Source: an uncultured Gemmatimonadales bacterium
Lineage (GTDB): Bacteria > Gemmatimonadota > Gemmatimonadetes > Gemmatimonadales > GWC2-71-9
Reading direction: 5' to 3'
Length of the DNA stretch: 64,000 nucleotides
Assembly: GCA_963844035.1 (NCBI GenBank)
Contig: CAWJMT010000005.1
Location: 192,001-256,000 of the forward strand
Below, in pieces: positions 1 through 9,893 of the stretch. The translations under genes were made by a program, and so were the position numbers. Below the pieces are notes generated by a model. The model saw nothing but the letters and a program-made list of their open reading frames with translations, was not told the DNA's origin and did not search any database. Within the stretch, counting starts at the first letter, position 1, and each line of letters begins with the position of its first letter.

Positions 1-418
1 CGGGCGCCACCTCCACGGTGTGCGTGATGCTCGGTTTCGCCTTGAGCGTCGCGGTGAGCCGGAAGCCGTGGGCCGCCGACGCGAGCGGGTCACCCGACGT
101 GACCCAGTTGCCCTGTTGTGTGCCCCCCGCTTCCGGGCTCGAGTAGCTCAGGAAGACCACGTGGAGGCGTGGCGGATGCTTCTTGTCGTACGACGTGATG
201 AACGGCACGCGGGTGCCGTCGTCGATCACCGCCTGGTACGAGGCCTGGATCATCCCGCCCGGGCACACCGAGTTCTGCATCAGGGTGATTTCGATGTCGC
301 GGATGTGTGCCAGGAGCCCCGGGTCGGGAGCGAAGTCGGCGGGAGGCGCATGCGAGCATGCGGCGACCAATGCCGCCAGCGGGAAGAACAGCCACGATCG
401 ACCGAGCAATTTTGCCAT
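1..418 (-). CDS. Hypothetical lipoprotein (partial, runs off window start)
   Basis: Minus-strand ORF from ATG at 418: MAKLLGRSWLFFPLAALVAACSHAPP..., with lipobox-like LVAAC; open to position 1. Confidence 0.6.
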   Translation of the reverse strand, partial: MAKLLGRSWLFFPLAALVAACSHAPPADFAPDPGLLAHIRDIEITLMQNSVCPGGMIQASYQAVIDDGTRVPFITSYDKKHPPRLHVVFLSYSSPEAGGTQQGNWVTSGDPLASAAHGFRLTATLKAKPSITHTVEVAP

Positions 419-515
419 ACCCTACAGTAGAAGTTGCCCTCGAACGCGCAAGCGGTGCGGCGTGCCGGCGGGTGCCGCCTTGCCGGCGTACCCGGGCGGG
501 CCGTAGGTTGGCGCG

Positions 516-1175
516 ATGGTACCGGTAGGTCTCATCGAGACCATGCGCGTGCGTGAGGGACGGATTCCGTTCCTCGATCGTCACCTCGCCCGGCTCGCGC
601 GCTCACTCGACACGCTCGGCATGCCGCGTCCGTCCCGGGACCTCGCCAAGCTGGTCACACCGTTCGCAGGCACCGGGGACGCCGTGCTCCGGCTGGAGGT
701 GTGCGAGGGCCGCGCGGCGGTGACGGTGCGCGAGCTGCCGTCGCTCGATCCACCGGCGGTGATCACCGCGTCCGAGCCCCATGCGCCGTATCCCCACAAG
801 ACCACGGAACGGGACTGTTTTGCGGATGCCGCGCGCGAGGCCGTCGTCGCCGAGGCGGACGACGCACTGCTGCTCACGCATGAAGGATGGGTCGCCGAGG
901 GAACGGTGTGGAGCGTGTGCTGGTGGGAGGGAACTGGGCTGCAGACGGTGCCGCTCGCGCTCGGAGTGCTCCCGGGGATCGGGCGGGCGCGTGTGATCGA
1001 GTTGACGCGGGTCGAGGAGCGGCGCTGCGCGCGCTCGGAGCTCGAAGGGAAGGGGCTGCTACTCGTGAACGCGGTACGCGGCGTGGTGCCGATCGCGTCG
1101 CTCGACGGGGAGCGCGTGCCGGAGGACGCGCGCACGGAGGACCTCGCGCGACGCTTCTGGCCGGCACCGGCCTAG
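516..1175 (+). CDS. Aminotransferase class IV family (4-amino-4-deoxychorismate lyase-like)
   Basis: Motifs GLIETMR, HLARLARS, HKTT (PLP Lys), VAEGT, VLPGIGR. Confidence 0.85.
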   Translation: MVPVGLIETMRVREGRIPFLDRHLARLARSLDTLGMPRPSRDLAKLVTPFAGTGDAVLRLEVCEGRAAVTVRELPSLDPPAVITASEPHAPYPHKTTERDCFADAAREAVVAEADDALLLTHEGWVAEGTVWSVCWWEGTGLQTVPLALGVLPGIGRARVIELTRVEERRCARSELEGKGLLLVNAVRGVVPIASLDGERVPEDARTEDLARRFWPAPA

Positions 1176-1489
1176 CGCGACAGGATCCAACTCACAATCG
1201 CCGTGACGTCGGCGTCGGCCAATTTCGGAAACGCCGGCATTGGGGTAGGCCCCCACACCTTGGCGCTGCCCTTCTTGATTCGTTCGGCGAGCAGCGCCGG
1301 GGCGTCTGCGTCCTTGCCGTATTCCGCCGCCATTTTCTTGAACGACGGGCCGGCACTCTTGGCGTCCAGTTTGTGGCACACGGTACAGCTATGCTTCTTG
1401 AGCAGGGCCTCCACGTCTTGCGCATGGGCGGGTGTGGCGGCGAGACCTGCAGCACAGGCAAGGATGGCGGCGGTGGCGACGATTCTCAC
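1172..1489 (-). CDS. Class I c-type cytochrome (c551/c552-like)
   Basis: GTG start after GGAGAG RBS, signal peptide, CTVCH heme motif, GPSF and WG-PTPMP distal Met motif. Confidence 0.92.
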   Translation of the reverse strand: MRIVATAAILACAAGLAATPAHAQDVEALLKKHSCTVCHKLDAKSAGPSFKKMAAEYGKDADAPALLAERIKKGSAKVWGPTPMPAFPKLADADVTAIVSWILSR

Positions 1490-1602
1490 AAGGACTCTCC
1501 TGGACGAGGTGAGCTGGGGAAGAGTACCACGGGGCGCTATTCGCGGATAGATTGGTGGCGCGTCGCGGGTCGACCCCGGCGTAGGTCGTTGCTGGACAAC
1601 AT

Positions 1603-1677
1603 GGTGGCTGTAGCTCAATTGGTTAGAGCGCCGGACTGTGGCTCCGGAGGTTGCGGGTTCAATCCCCGTCAGCCACC
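1603..1677 (+). tRNA. tRNA-His (GTG)
   Basis: G-1, acceptor GTGGCTG/CAGCCAC, anticodon arm CCGGA-CTGTGGC-TCCGG, T-loop TTCAATC. Confidence 0.95.
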
Positions 1678-1761
1678 CCTTGGGCGGTTAGTCGGTCAGG
1701 CGGGCAGCCGGTGCGGCGCTTCCGGTTCTCCACTCAATTGGCGGTGAGCGGTGGCTGACTG

Positions 1762-2282
1762 ATGAAGCCGGCATTCATCACGCTTGCACTGTTCGCAACC
1801 GCGTTCGCCTCGACACTGACCGCACAGGTGGAGGAGGGGGATGCACGGAAGACCCTCGCCGGCCTGCGGGGCGTCTACGTCTCGGTCGTGCCGGTGGTGG
1901 AACAGGCCCCAAAGAACGCGGCTCGTGGCGGAGCAGATTCAGGCCGAGGTGGAGACGCAGGTGCGGCAGGCCGGCATTACGGTGCTCAAGAAGGACGACC
2001 TGCGTCGCACGCCCGGGATGCCGTACCTCTTTGTCCTGCCAATCGTCCAGCGCCCGGACTCCGCCGGCAAGCCGGTACCCGTACCGCGTCGAGGTCGAGG
2101 TCTTCCAGCTGGTGGTGCTCTCCCGGAACCCCGACGTGTTTGCCCTCGCCCGCACCTGGAATTCCAAGGGTGGTCTCGGCACGGCGGCGGAAGAGAATCT
2201 CGTCACGTCCATCAAGGACGCGGTGCGGACCATGACGGACCAATTCATCGCGGCGTACCTGGACGCGAATCCCAAGCACTAG
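1762..2282 (+). CDS. Secreted hypothetical protein (frameshifted)
   Basis: Signal peptide MKPAFITLALFATAFASTLTAQ; coherent reading across three frames (TLAGLRGVYVSV...LRQAGITVL...DQFIAAYLDANPKH*). Confidence 0.6.
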
Positions 2283-2314
2283 CCGACCGAACCCGAACCT
2301 CACACAGGAGACGG

Positions 2315-3657
2315 ATGGCCACTCGAACCAATCTCCCCTGGGGTCGCTCGCTCGTACTCGCGGCGAGCCTTCTCGTGATCCTCGCACCACGAGTGACCGC
2401 CCAGGACGTGGCGGCCCAGACGCCGGCCGACACCAGCGCCGACACCACCGCCACTACCGACTCGGTTTATCAAACCAGCATCGCTGGGGAGTTTCGACCC
2501 GCCAAAGGGTTTCGACGTCGTCCGCACGAAGGTGGCCAGCCTGAACATCAGTTTCTACGGACTGTTCCGGTATGTGAATCAGCTCCCCGGGGATCAGGAC
2601 TTCATCGATCACCTGGGGGGCGTCCGCACCGTCAAGACGCGCAACGATCTGTACTGGCACCGCACGATGGTGTGGCTCACCGGGTTCTTTCACGTCCCCA
2701 GGTTTCGCTACAACATCACGATGTGGTCGCTGACGACGACGCAGCAGGCGCTGCTGTTCGGGAATCTCCAGTACACGTTCGCTCCCGCCCTTACCGTCGG
2801 TGTGGGAATGCTCCCCAATCTGACGATACGTTCGCTGCAGGGTTCCTGGCCGTTTTGGGCGGGCAGCGATCGGCAAATGGCGGAGGACTTCTTCCGCGGG
2901 GGATTCTCGTCCGGTGCCTACGTCACGGGTCAGCCAGTGCCACGCCTGTACTACACCGCCTCGGTCAACACCAATTTGAGCCAGCTCGGCGTGACCGCGT
3001 CCAACGACACGCGCGACCTCGCGTACAGTGCCAGCTTGAACTGGATGCCGACCACGGGTGAGTTCGGACCGCGCGGCGGACTCGGCGATCTCGAGTATCA
3101 CGAGCGTCTGGCCACTCGGTTCGGGATATCGGCGGGCCACAGTCGCGAGGGGCGCTACGCGAACGACAGCGTTCCGCCCAATGCCGCCCAGATCAAGCTC
3201 TCGGACGGCGTGAACCCATTCGACACGGGCGCGCTGGCCGCGGGGTGACGGTGCAGAAACTCGACTACGACGAGATGGCGATCGACGCGGGATTCAAGTA
3301 TCGCGGGTTTTCGTTTCAGGGCGAGTATTACCTCCGCCGGCTCTCGAACTTTCTGGCCACGGGCCCCGTGCCACTTCGTCCATCACCGATCACGGGTTCC
3401 AGGTGCAGGGCATGCACATGGTGGTGCCGAAGCGGCTGGGGGTTTACCTCACCTACGGTGTGGTGATGGACGAGTTTGAACGGCACCCCTGGGAGGTGTC
3501 GGGGGGAACGACCATCTACCCGAGCGGCACGCGGTCCTGGCGCTTGAATGTGCACGTCATCCGGGTCGAGCGGTGTCCGGCGTCTTCCACGTTCGGGTAC
3601 TACACGTCGGGTCAGTCCGGCACGACGATTTCCATCGGGACGGATATCCTGATGTGA
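2315..3657 (+). CDS. Putative outer-membrane beta-barrel protein (frameshifted)
   Basis: AGGAG RBS, signal peptide, amphipathic aromatic-rich beta strands over successive ORFs 2532-3248, 3245-3466 and 3403-3657. Confidence 0.6.
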
Positions 3658-3665
3658 GGTGCTTC

Positions 3666-4760
3666 ATGCGCGTTGTCTCAGGGCTCGTGTTGATCGGTCT
3701 CGCCGTGGCGCACCCCGGCGCCGCGCAGACCGCCGATTGCGATTTCAACGACTCGCATTTTCATCTCACCAACTACGTACAGGAAGGCCCGAGCGTGCGG
3801 GACTTCCTGAAGATCATGGGGAAGCGCGTCTGCCGGTCCACGCTGTTCGGAATCCCGCTCCAACAGGCGTGGGTGTATGGGAACTCCGGGGATTACGCGC
3901 CGACGTACTACCTCCAGACCGACGCGCCGCTCTACTATTACTCGTTCACGGACGCGGCGACCGCCATGGCCTACCGCTCGCTGTCGCCCGAGGAGCGCGC
4001 CCGGTTCGATCCGATGATCACGGGCTTCAATCCGGCGGACATGTACGCCGCGGATCACATCAAGCGGGTGCTCCGCACATTCCCGGGCGTGTTCGAAGGC
4101 ATCGGCGAGTTCACCATTCATAAGGAGTTCGTGTCCGGCAAGATCGCGGGCGGAGCCGCGAGCCTCCTCGACCCGGCGCTCGACCGGATTCTCGATCTTG
4201 CCGGTGCTTCCGGACTCGTCGTGCTGATTCACAACGACATGGACATGCCGTTCGCCAAACCCGGCACCGAACCGCTCTTTCTCCCTCAAATGAAGTCCCT
4301 GCTGCGGCGGCATCGCGACGCGACGATCATCTGGGCCCACATCGGCCTGGGACGCGTGGTGCATCCCACCGTGCCATCGGCATCGGTCCGCGCGGCCGAG
4401 CGCAACCCGACGTACGGCATGATCGTCGAGGGCATTCTCTCCGACTCGACGCTGCGCCACGTGTACTTCGACATCAGCTGGGATGAAGTCGCGAAGTATC
4501 TGCTCGCGAGCCCCGAGGTGACCCGCCGCTCAGCCGATCTGATCAACCGGTATCCCGACCGCATTCTGTTCGGCTCGGACGTGGTGGCGCCGCGCGATAC
4601 CAGCGCGTACTTCGCGGTCTTCAACGACTATGCCCCACTGTGGGCGCTGCTCACCCCCGAGGCGAGCGCGAAAGTCCGTAAGGGCAACTACGAGCGGCTG
4701 TTCGACGCCGCTCGCGAGCGCGTACGGGCGTACGAACGGAAGCAGGGCTGGTCAAAGTAG
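3666..4760 (+). CDS. Exported amidohydrolase-family metalloprotein
   Basis: Signal peptide; DSHFH, IHND, WAH and FGSD metal-binding motifs of the amidohydrolase TIM barrel. Confidence 0.85.
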   Translation: MRVVSGLVLIGLAVAHPGAAQTADCDFNDSHFHLTNYVQEGPSVRDFLKIMGKRVCRSTLFGIPLQQAWVYGNSGDYAPTYYLQTDAPLYYYSFTDAATAMAYRSLSPEERARFDPMITGFNPADMYAADHIKRVLRTFPGVFEGIGEFTIHKEFVSGKIAGGAASLLDPALDRILDLAGASGLVVLIHNDMDMPFAKPGTEPLFLPQMKSLLRRHRDATIIWAHIGLGRVVHPTVPSASVRAAERNPTYGMIVEGILSDSTLRHVYFDISWDEVAKYLLASPEVTRRSADLINRYPDRILFGSDVVAPRDTSAYFAVFNDYAPLWALLTPEASAKVRKGNYERLFDAARERVRAYERKQGWSK

Positions 4761-4821
4761 GGGGACAGTAGGGAGTTGCCGGGGCAGGTTGAATTGCTAA
4801 CTTCCAGCCGCATTACTTCCT

Positions 4822-4894
4822 AGGTCCGTAGCTCAATTGGTAGAGCACCGGTCTCCAAAACCGGGGGTTGCAGGTTCGATTCCTGCCGGGCCTG
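4822..4894 (+). tRNA. tRNA-Trp (CCA)
   Basis: AGGTCCG/CGGGCCT acceptor, CCGGT-CTCCAAA-ACCGG anticodon arm, GGTTCGATTCC. Confidence 0.95.
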
Positions 4895-4895
4895 T

Positions 4896-5549
4896 TTGCA
4901 AAACGTCGCTCCGCGCACATGGGCTCACCTCGCTACGGCGGCCGTCGCTGCGTGTGTCATCCCCTCTACCGCACCAGCCCAGCCGGGGACCCCGGACTCG
5001 GTAGTGTACGTCCTCTCACCATCGAGCCGCTTCGAGGTAACGACCGGCAAGGGCGGTCTGCTCGGCTTCGCAGGTCACACGCACGTGATTCGCGCGCGGG
5101 CGTTCTCGGGGCGGGTCGTCTTTTACCCGCACAAGCCTGCCGCCTCCCGCGTAGAGATCGTGGTGCGCACGGACAGCCTCCAGGTCCTCACGCCTCCGGA
5201 CACGGCCGAGATCCGCAAGGTGACGGAGGCGATGCGCACTGAGGTGCTCGACGTGCAGCGCTATCCTGAGATCCGCTTCGTTTCGAAGACACTGACGGCC
5301 ACTGACGGTGGGTTTGTCATCGTCGGGGATCTGACCATGGCGGGCCGCACGCGGGAAGTGCGGGCGGAGGTGAAGGCGAATATCCACCCGGACAGTTTGC
5401 GGGCGACGACAACGTTCACCGTGAAACAGACCGACTTCGGAATCCGGCCGTTCCGCGGTGGCCCGGGCGGCACTGTCCGAGTCGCCGACCCGGTCGTGTT
5501 CGAGGTCGAGGCAGTGGCGGTCCTTGCGGACGGCGCGGCGGGACGATAA
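4896..5549 (+). CDS. YceI-family (lipid/polyisoprenoid-binding) protein
   Basis: GHTHVI, VLDVQRYPEIRF, GDLTMAG and QTDFGI motifs; start codon uncertain. Confidence 0.85.
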   Translation: MQNVAPRTWAHLATAAVAACVIPSTAPAQPGTPDSVVYVLSPSSRFEVTTGKGGLLGFAGHTHVIRARAFSGRVVFYPHKPAASRVEIVVRTDSLQVLTPPDTAEIRKVTEAMRTEVLDVQRYPEIRFVSKTLTATDGGFVIVGDLTMAGRTREVRAEVKANIHPDSLRATTTFTVKQTDFGIRPFRGGPGGTVRVADPVVFEVEAVAVLADGAAGR

Positions 5550-5608
5550 ATCCGGTCTCCCAATTGGACAGTTCGCCAGCTACCAGGCATTTCATCCAAG
5601 GAGGACGC

Positions 5609-6205
5609 ATGGGTGTCGCAGCGAGAATCTCCGTCGTGGCGCTGGCGGTCGCCGGCCTCTCACTCGGGGGGCGGACCGCGGCCGCGCAAGCGGCGTCGGC
5701 CGACGCGCAGATCGCGCAGGCCAAGGCGGCACTCGCCCAGTACCAGGACCCCATGGCTGCGGTGCGCGACGGCTACTTCTCGACGGTGGGGTGCATCGAG
5801 TTCCCGTCGGGGCACGGCGCGCACGGCGAGATGACGTTCAAGGCCGGCGGCATGGGCGTGCACTTCTTCAACTGGGCGACGATTGGCCCGACCATGGACC
5901 CCACGAAGCCGCAGGTGCTCATCTACGAGCCGGTCGCCGACAAACTGCAGCTCGTCGCCGCCGAATGGTTCGCTCCCGTGGAGCCTGGTGTGAAGGAGGC
6001 GCCCAAGATTTTCGGGCGCGCTCTCGAGGGTCCCATGGAAGGCCACGCGCCGATCATGGATCCGGGGATGCACCACTGGGATCTTCACGTCTGGCTGTGG
6101 AAGAACAACCCGAGCGGGATGTTCAGCCCGACCAATCCCGACCTGAAGTGTCCCAAGACCGGGTACTCCTACGTCGGAGAGCCGCCGAAGATGGTGACGC
6201 CGTAG
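5609..6205 (+). CDS. Secreted conserved hypothetical protein
   Basis: GGAGG RBS, signal peptide; MGVHF, PQVLIYEP, LHVWLWKNNPSGMF motifs. Confidence 0.75.
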   Translation: MGVAARISVVALAVAGLSLGGRTAAAQAASADAQIAQAKAALAQYQDPMAAVRDGYFSTVGCIEFPSGHGAHGEMTFKAGGMGVHFFNWATIGPTMDPTKPQVLIYEPVADKLQLVAAEWFAPVEPGVKEAPKIFGRALEGPMEGHAPIMDPGMHHWDLHVWLWKNNPSGMFSPTNPDLKCPKTGYSYVGEPPKMVTP

Positions 6206-6214
6206 CGAGGCTTG

Positions 6215-7564
6215 ATGGTGCGTTATGCCGCGCTCAGCATCCTGGCACTTGGCCTGGCGGGATGTGAAACCCCCATAGAGGCCAACGCACCGGACGCGAC
6301 CGTTCAGGTCGCGACCGTTCAGGTCACGGCCGCGACGGACACCGCGACCGCGCTCGGGAGCATCGTGCAGTTCAGCGCGCTCGTGAAGGACGCTGCGGGC
6401 AATATCCTTTCAGAAAAGACTGTGACGTGGAGCTCGACCGCTCCCGCGGTAGCAGTCGTGAATCCGACAAGCGGCCTGGCCACGACTGCGGCGAACGGCT
6501 CGACGAGCATCCGGGCCACGGTCGACGGCGTGACGGGGGCGCGCACCCTCACGGTGGAGCAGGAGGTGGCGGCGGTCACCGTCACGCCCGGCACGTCGAG
6601 TATGAATGCCGGCACCACGTGCCAGTTCACCGCGACGGCGAAGGACGGCAACGGGCACACGGTGGCCGGCGCCAAGTTTCTCTGGGTTTCCTCGAACACG
6701 AACATCGCCGTAGTCGATTCGACCGGCCTTGCCAGGGGCGTCGGCCGCGGAGGGGTCGTCATTACCGCCGCCGCCCAGGGTCAGCCGGGCAGCGCGCTGT
6801 TGAGCGTGGTGTTTCCCGCCGGCCGGCTCGTCGTGGCCAGTATGAGCGACAACGCCGTCTACCTGTACGATCCGATCACGCTGGCCCGCCTCTCGACATT
6901 CGCAGTGACGGCGCCCCTCTCGGCGGCGGTCGGACCGGATGGTCGCATCTACGCCGGCACCAACGGGGGCCAGGTCGTAGCGATCGACCCGGCAACCGGG
7001 GCGAGCAACGCCCTCGGCGCCACCATTCTTGCCGGTCCCATCTACGGCACCACGGTGAGCGCAGGCGGGGTGATCTACGCTACGGGGTACTCCATGCCCG
7101 ATGTGCGGACAATGGACCTGACCGGCGCGTCGCTCGGGAGCATCGCTTCGCCTGGCGGCACGAATCTGCGGGGCACCGCGTTCGGGGCGGACGGCAGCTT
7201 CTATCTGGCCACCCTGGCGGGCGGTCCGGTGCAACGCTGGCTCGCCGGCTTCGTGTACGACACGGCGTTCGGGGCGGCCGGCCTCACCGGCGCCTTCGGC
7301 GTCGCGACGCGGGCCAGCGGCGAAGTGATCGTGACCGACCAGAACGCGGGGGCCTACTTTCGCTTCACCAGCGCGGGCGTCTTCCAGGACAGCGTGACCG
7401 TCAACTGCTCCGGACAGATTCGCAACCTGGCGGTGGATCTGGACGACAACCTGTGGATCGGCTGCTACGGGTCCAACGCGGTCGTGAAGTTCGACGCCTC
7501 GAACCACGAGGTTGCCCGGTTCACCGTAGCCTCCCCTTCGGGAGTCGCGTTCGAGCGGCCGTAG
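6215..7564 (+). CDS. Lipoprotein with two Ig-like (Big_2) domains and a C-terminal beta-propeller
   Basis: LAGC lipobox; VTWSST...VAVV...GLAT repeats; GPDG-type propeller repeats. Confidence 0.8.
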   Translation: MVRYAALSILALGLAGCETPIEANAPDATVQVATVQVTAATDTATALGSIVQFSALVKDAAGNILSEKTVTWSSTAPAVAVVNPTSGLATTAANGSTSIRATVDGVTGARTLTVEQEVAAVTVTPGTSSMNAGTTCQFTATAKDGNGHTVAGAKFLWVSSNTNIAVVDSTGLARGVGRGGVVITAAAQGQPGSALLSVVFPAGRLVVASMSDNAVYLYDPITLARLSTFAVTAPLSAAVGPDGRIYAGTNGGQVVAIDPATGASNALGATILAGPIYGTTVSAGGVIYATGYSMPDVRTMDLTGASLGSIASPGGTNLRGTAFGADGSFYLATLAGGPVQRWLAGFVYDTAFGAAGLTGAFGVATRASGEVIVTDQNAGAYFRFTSAGVFQDSVTVNCSGQIRNLAVDLDDNLWIGCYGSNAVVKFDASNHEVARFTVASPSGVAFERP

Positions 7565-7610
7565 TTCTCGACGCGGCTCGCTCCGAGATCGTCACCTCCA
7601 AGGGCATCAC

Positions 7611-8081
7611 ATGATCGAGATCGCAGACCTGCATCACGTCAGTCTCGCCGTCACGAATCTCACCCGGTCCAAAGCGTTCTACGGCGACGTGCTCGGACTG
7701 AAAGAGATCGAGCGCCCGGCATTCGAGTTCGCGGGGGCGTGGTACGCCGTGGGCGATCGCCAGCTGCACCTGATCGTGCATGACAAGCCGACGCTGCGGA
7801 CGCGCGGGATCGATTCGCACGACGTGCATTTCGCGCTGCGGGTGAAGAGCTATCAGGAGACGGTGGCCTACCTCAAGTCGCTCGGGTATTCGAGTGACAC
7901 GCGGGATGACGTCAAGCGGCTGCGGGAAAATCAATGGGGCAAGGCGGGCTTCCCCCAGGTGTTCATTCTCGATCCCGACCGGCACGTGATCGAGCTGAAC
8001 GCGGACCGGGTGGACGAGGGGACGACGCGCAACACGAAGGCGACGACGCACAGCGGCCGCGGGTTCGATTCCGCGCCCTGA
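7611..8081 (+). CDS. VOC/glyoxalase family protein
   Basis: LHHVSLAV...SKAFYGDVLG, HFAL, FILDPDRHVIEL; stop codon lies inside REP copy 1. Confidence 0.9.
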   Translation: MIEIADLHHVSLAVTNLTRSKAFYGDVLGLKEIERPAFEFAGAWYAVGDRQLHLIVHDKPTLRTRGIDSHDVHFALRVKSYQETVAYLKSLGYSSDTRDDVKRLRENQWGKAGFPQVFILDPDRHVIELNADRVDEGTTRNTKATTHSGRGFDSAP

Positions 8082-8160
8082 GAGGGCGCGCTCGGCTGGG
8101 GGTGCGCCCTTACAGGGCGCACTGGCGCCGAGCCCGGGCTCTCAGCCCGGGGAATCCGAT
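8072..8160. repeat. REP-like three-hairpin repeat, copy 1
   Basis: GCGCCCTGAGAGGGCGC / GTGCGCCCTTACAGGGCGCAC / CCCGGGCTCTCAGCCCGGG hairpins. Confidence 0.9.
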
Positions 8161-8739
8161 CCCGAGCGACACGTCGATCGAGCTGAACGCGGAGCGGGTG
8201 GACGAGCCAGCCCCGAGCGCGTAGCAACCCACCCTTTTACGGAGTCGTATTCCGCGCCCTGAGAGGGCGCGCTCGGCCGGGGGTGCGCCCTTACAGGGCG
8301 CACGTGGCGCCGAGCCCGGGCTCTCAGCCCGGGGAGTCTCGAAGCAATGTCCGACTCCTCCAAAGCAAGCTCGGGATGCCTCGTTGATTGGGTGCGCACG
8401 TAGCGAATCGCCTGCTTGAGATCCCGGACGCCCAGCGAGCGCAAGTCGTATCCATCGGCCCAGCGCAACTTCGCACGCGGCTGGATCCGGTCGCGGTTCG
8501 CGACGCGCGCGCTTGCGCCTTTGAGACCTTGAAGGAGGCGGGGGATATCGATTCGCGGAGGGAAGCTCGACGACCATGTGTACGTGGTTCCGCACGATGC
8601 CGATTTCAATCACCTTCGCGCCGTGGCGGGAGGCGATCGCGGGCAGCATGCGACGCAGGAACGCGGCAGTAGCTGTCTGGATGAGCGGCAGTCGCCGCTC
8701 GGTGGTCCACGTCACCAGCGCGTAGAGACGGAAGGGCAT
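8142..8739 (-). mobile_element. tnpA: IS200/IS605-family (Y1/HUH) transposase, probably REP-associated; one frameshift near 8560
   Basis: VTWTTERR, NHVH (HUH), LKGASA, LRWADGY, and YVRTQ..H catalytic Tyr helix; no tnpB nearby. Confidence 0.85.
8253..8335. repeat. REP-like three-hairpin repeat, copy 2
   Basis: Near-identical direct copy of 8072-8160. Confidence 0.9.
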
Positions 8740-8805
8740 CGGACCAGTGTGTCGCGATGATGCATCCACACCAAACCATTCGATTGCGAGATGGGATCGG
8801 AGTTA

Positions 8806-8895
8806 CGCGCCCTGAGAGGGCGCGCTCGGCCCGGGGGTGCGCCCTTACAGGGCGCACGAGCGCCGAGCCCGGGCTCTTAGCCCGGGGAATCCGAT
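8806..8895. repeat. REP-like three-hairpin repeat, copy 3
   Basis: Direct copy of the same element upstream of tnpA. Confidence 0.9.
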
Positions 8896-8972
8896 ACCAG
8901 CTGCACGTGATCGAGCTGAACGATGGGTGCACGGACGAGTGGGGGACGACGCACGGCTGTCGTGGGTGATCA

Positions 8973-9058
8973 CGCGCCCTGAGAGGGCGCGCTCGGCCCG
9001 TGTGCGCCCTTACAGGGCGCACAATGCGCCGAGCCCGGGCTCTTAGCCCGGGGAATCC
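8973..9058. repeat. REP-like three-hairpin repeat, copy 4
   Basis: Direct copy of the same element. Confidence 0.9.
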
Positions 9059-9094
9059 CGCGTATACTTAGGCAGCCACGAACGTCGAGGCTCC

Positions 9095-9881
9095 GTGCGG
9101 AACCGTTGGATCGCAATCGCGCTACTCGCTGTAGTGCTCGCGTGTAAGTCGAACGACGCCACGGCCCCGGAAGTGTGTGCCGCCACCAACGGCGCGCCCG
9201 CACCGGTACCGGGGCCCGCCCATGCGCCGTTCTCGGTCCTCGTCTTCTCCCGCACCACCGGCTATCGCCATGCCTCGATCCCCAGCGGCATCACCGCGAT
9301 TCAGGTGCTCGGTGCGCTCAACAACTTCACCGTCGAGGCGACCGAGGACCCCACCGCGTTCAGCGACGCGAACCTGGCGCGCTTCGGCGCGGTCGTGTTC
9401 CTCAGCACGACGGGCGAGGTGTTGGACGATGCGCAGCAGGCGGCGTTCGAGCGCTACATCCAGGCCGGACACGGGTCTGGTGGGCGTGCACTCGGCATCC
9501 GACACGGAGTATGGCTGGAGCTGGTACCACACCCTGCTTGGCGTCACGTTCGCGTCTCATCCCCCGATGCAGCAGGCCAGCGTGGTCGTCGTGGACACGG
9601 GCCAGCGGTCCACGCGCTCCCTCCCCGATCCCTGGGTGCGCACCGATGAGTGGTACAACTACACGGCGTTGCCGGTGAGCGTAACGGTGTTAGTCCGGGT
9701 GGACGAATCGACGTATTCCGGCGGAACGATGGGAATCCACATCCGATCAGCTGGCAGCGCGAATATGACGGTGGCCGGGCGTGGTACACGGCGATGGGAC
9801 ACTCGTCGTGCAGCTTCAGTGAGCGGCCGTTCCTCGACCACCTGCTGGGTGGTATCGAGTGGGCGGTGGGAGTCTCCCTGA
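9095..9881 (+). CDS. ThuA-domain lipoprotein (frameshifted; end approximate)
   Basis: VLVFSRTTGYRHASIP, VGVHSASDTEY.W, DEWYN, GGRAWYTAMGH, HLLGGIEWA across frames. Confidence 0.85.
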
Positions 9882-9893
9882 GCGACGGCGCGA

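Noticed and set aside
8061..8072. GGGTTCGATTCC as a tRNA T-arm remnant or att site
   Set aside because: No adjoining acceptor-stem match to any tRNA in the window; likely chance.
8072..9058. Repeat-spacer pattern as a CRISPR array
   Set aside because: Repeats are ~88 bp and multi-hairpin, are interrupted by tnpA, spacers are related to each other, and no cas genes are present.
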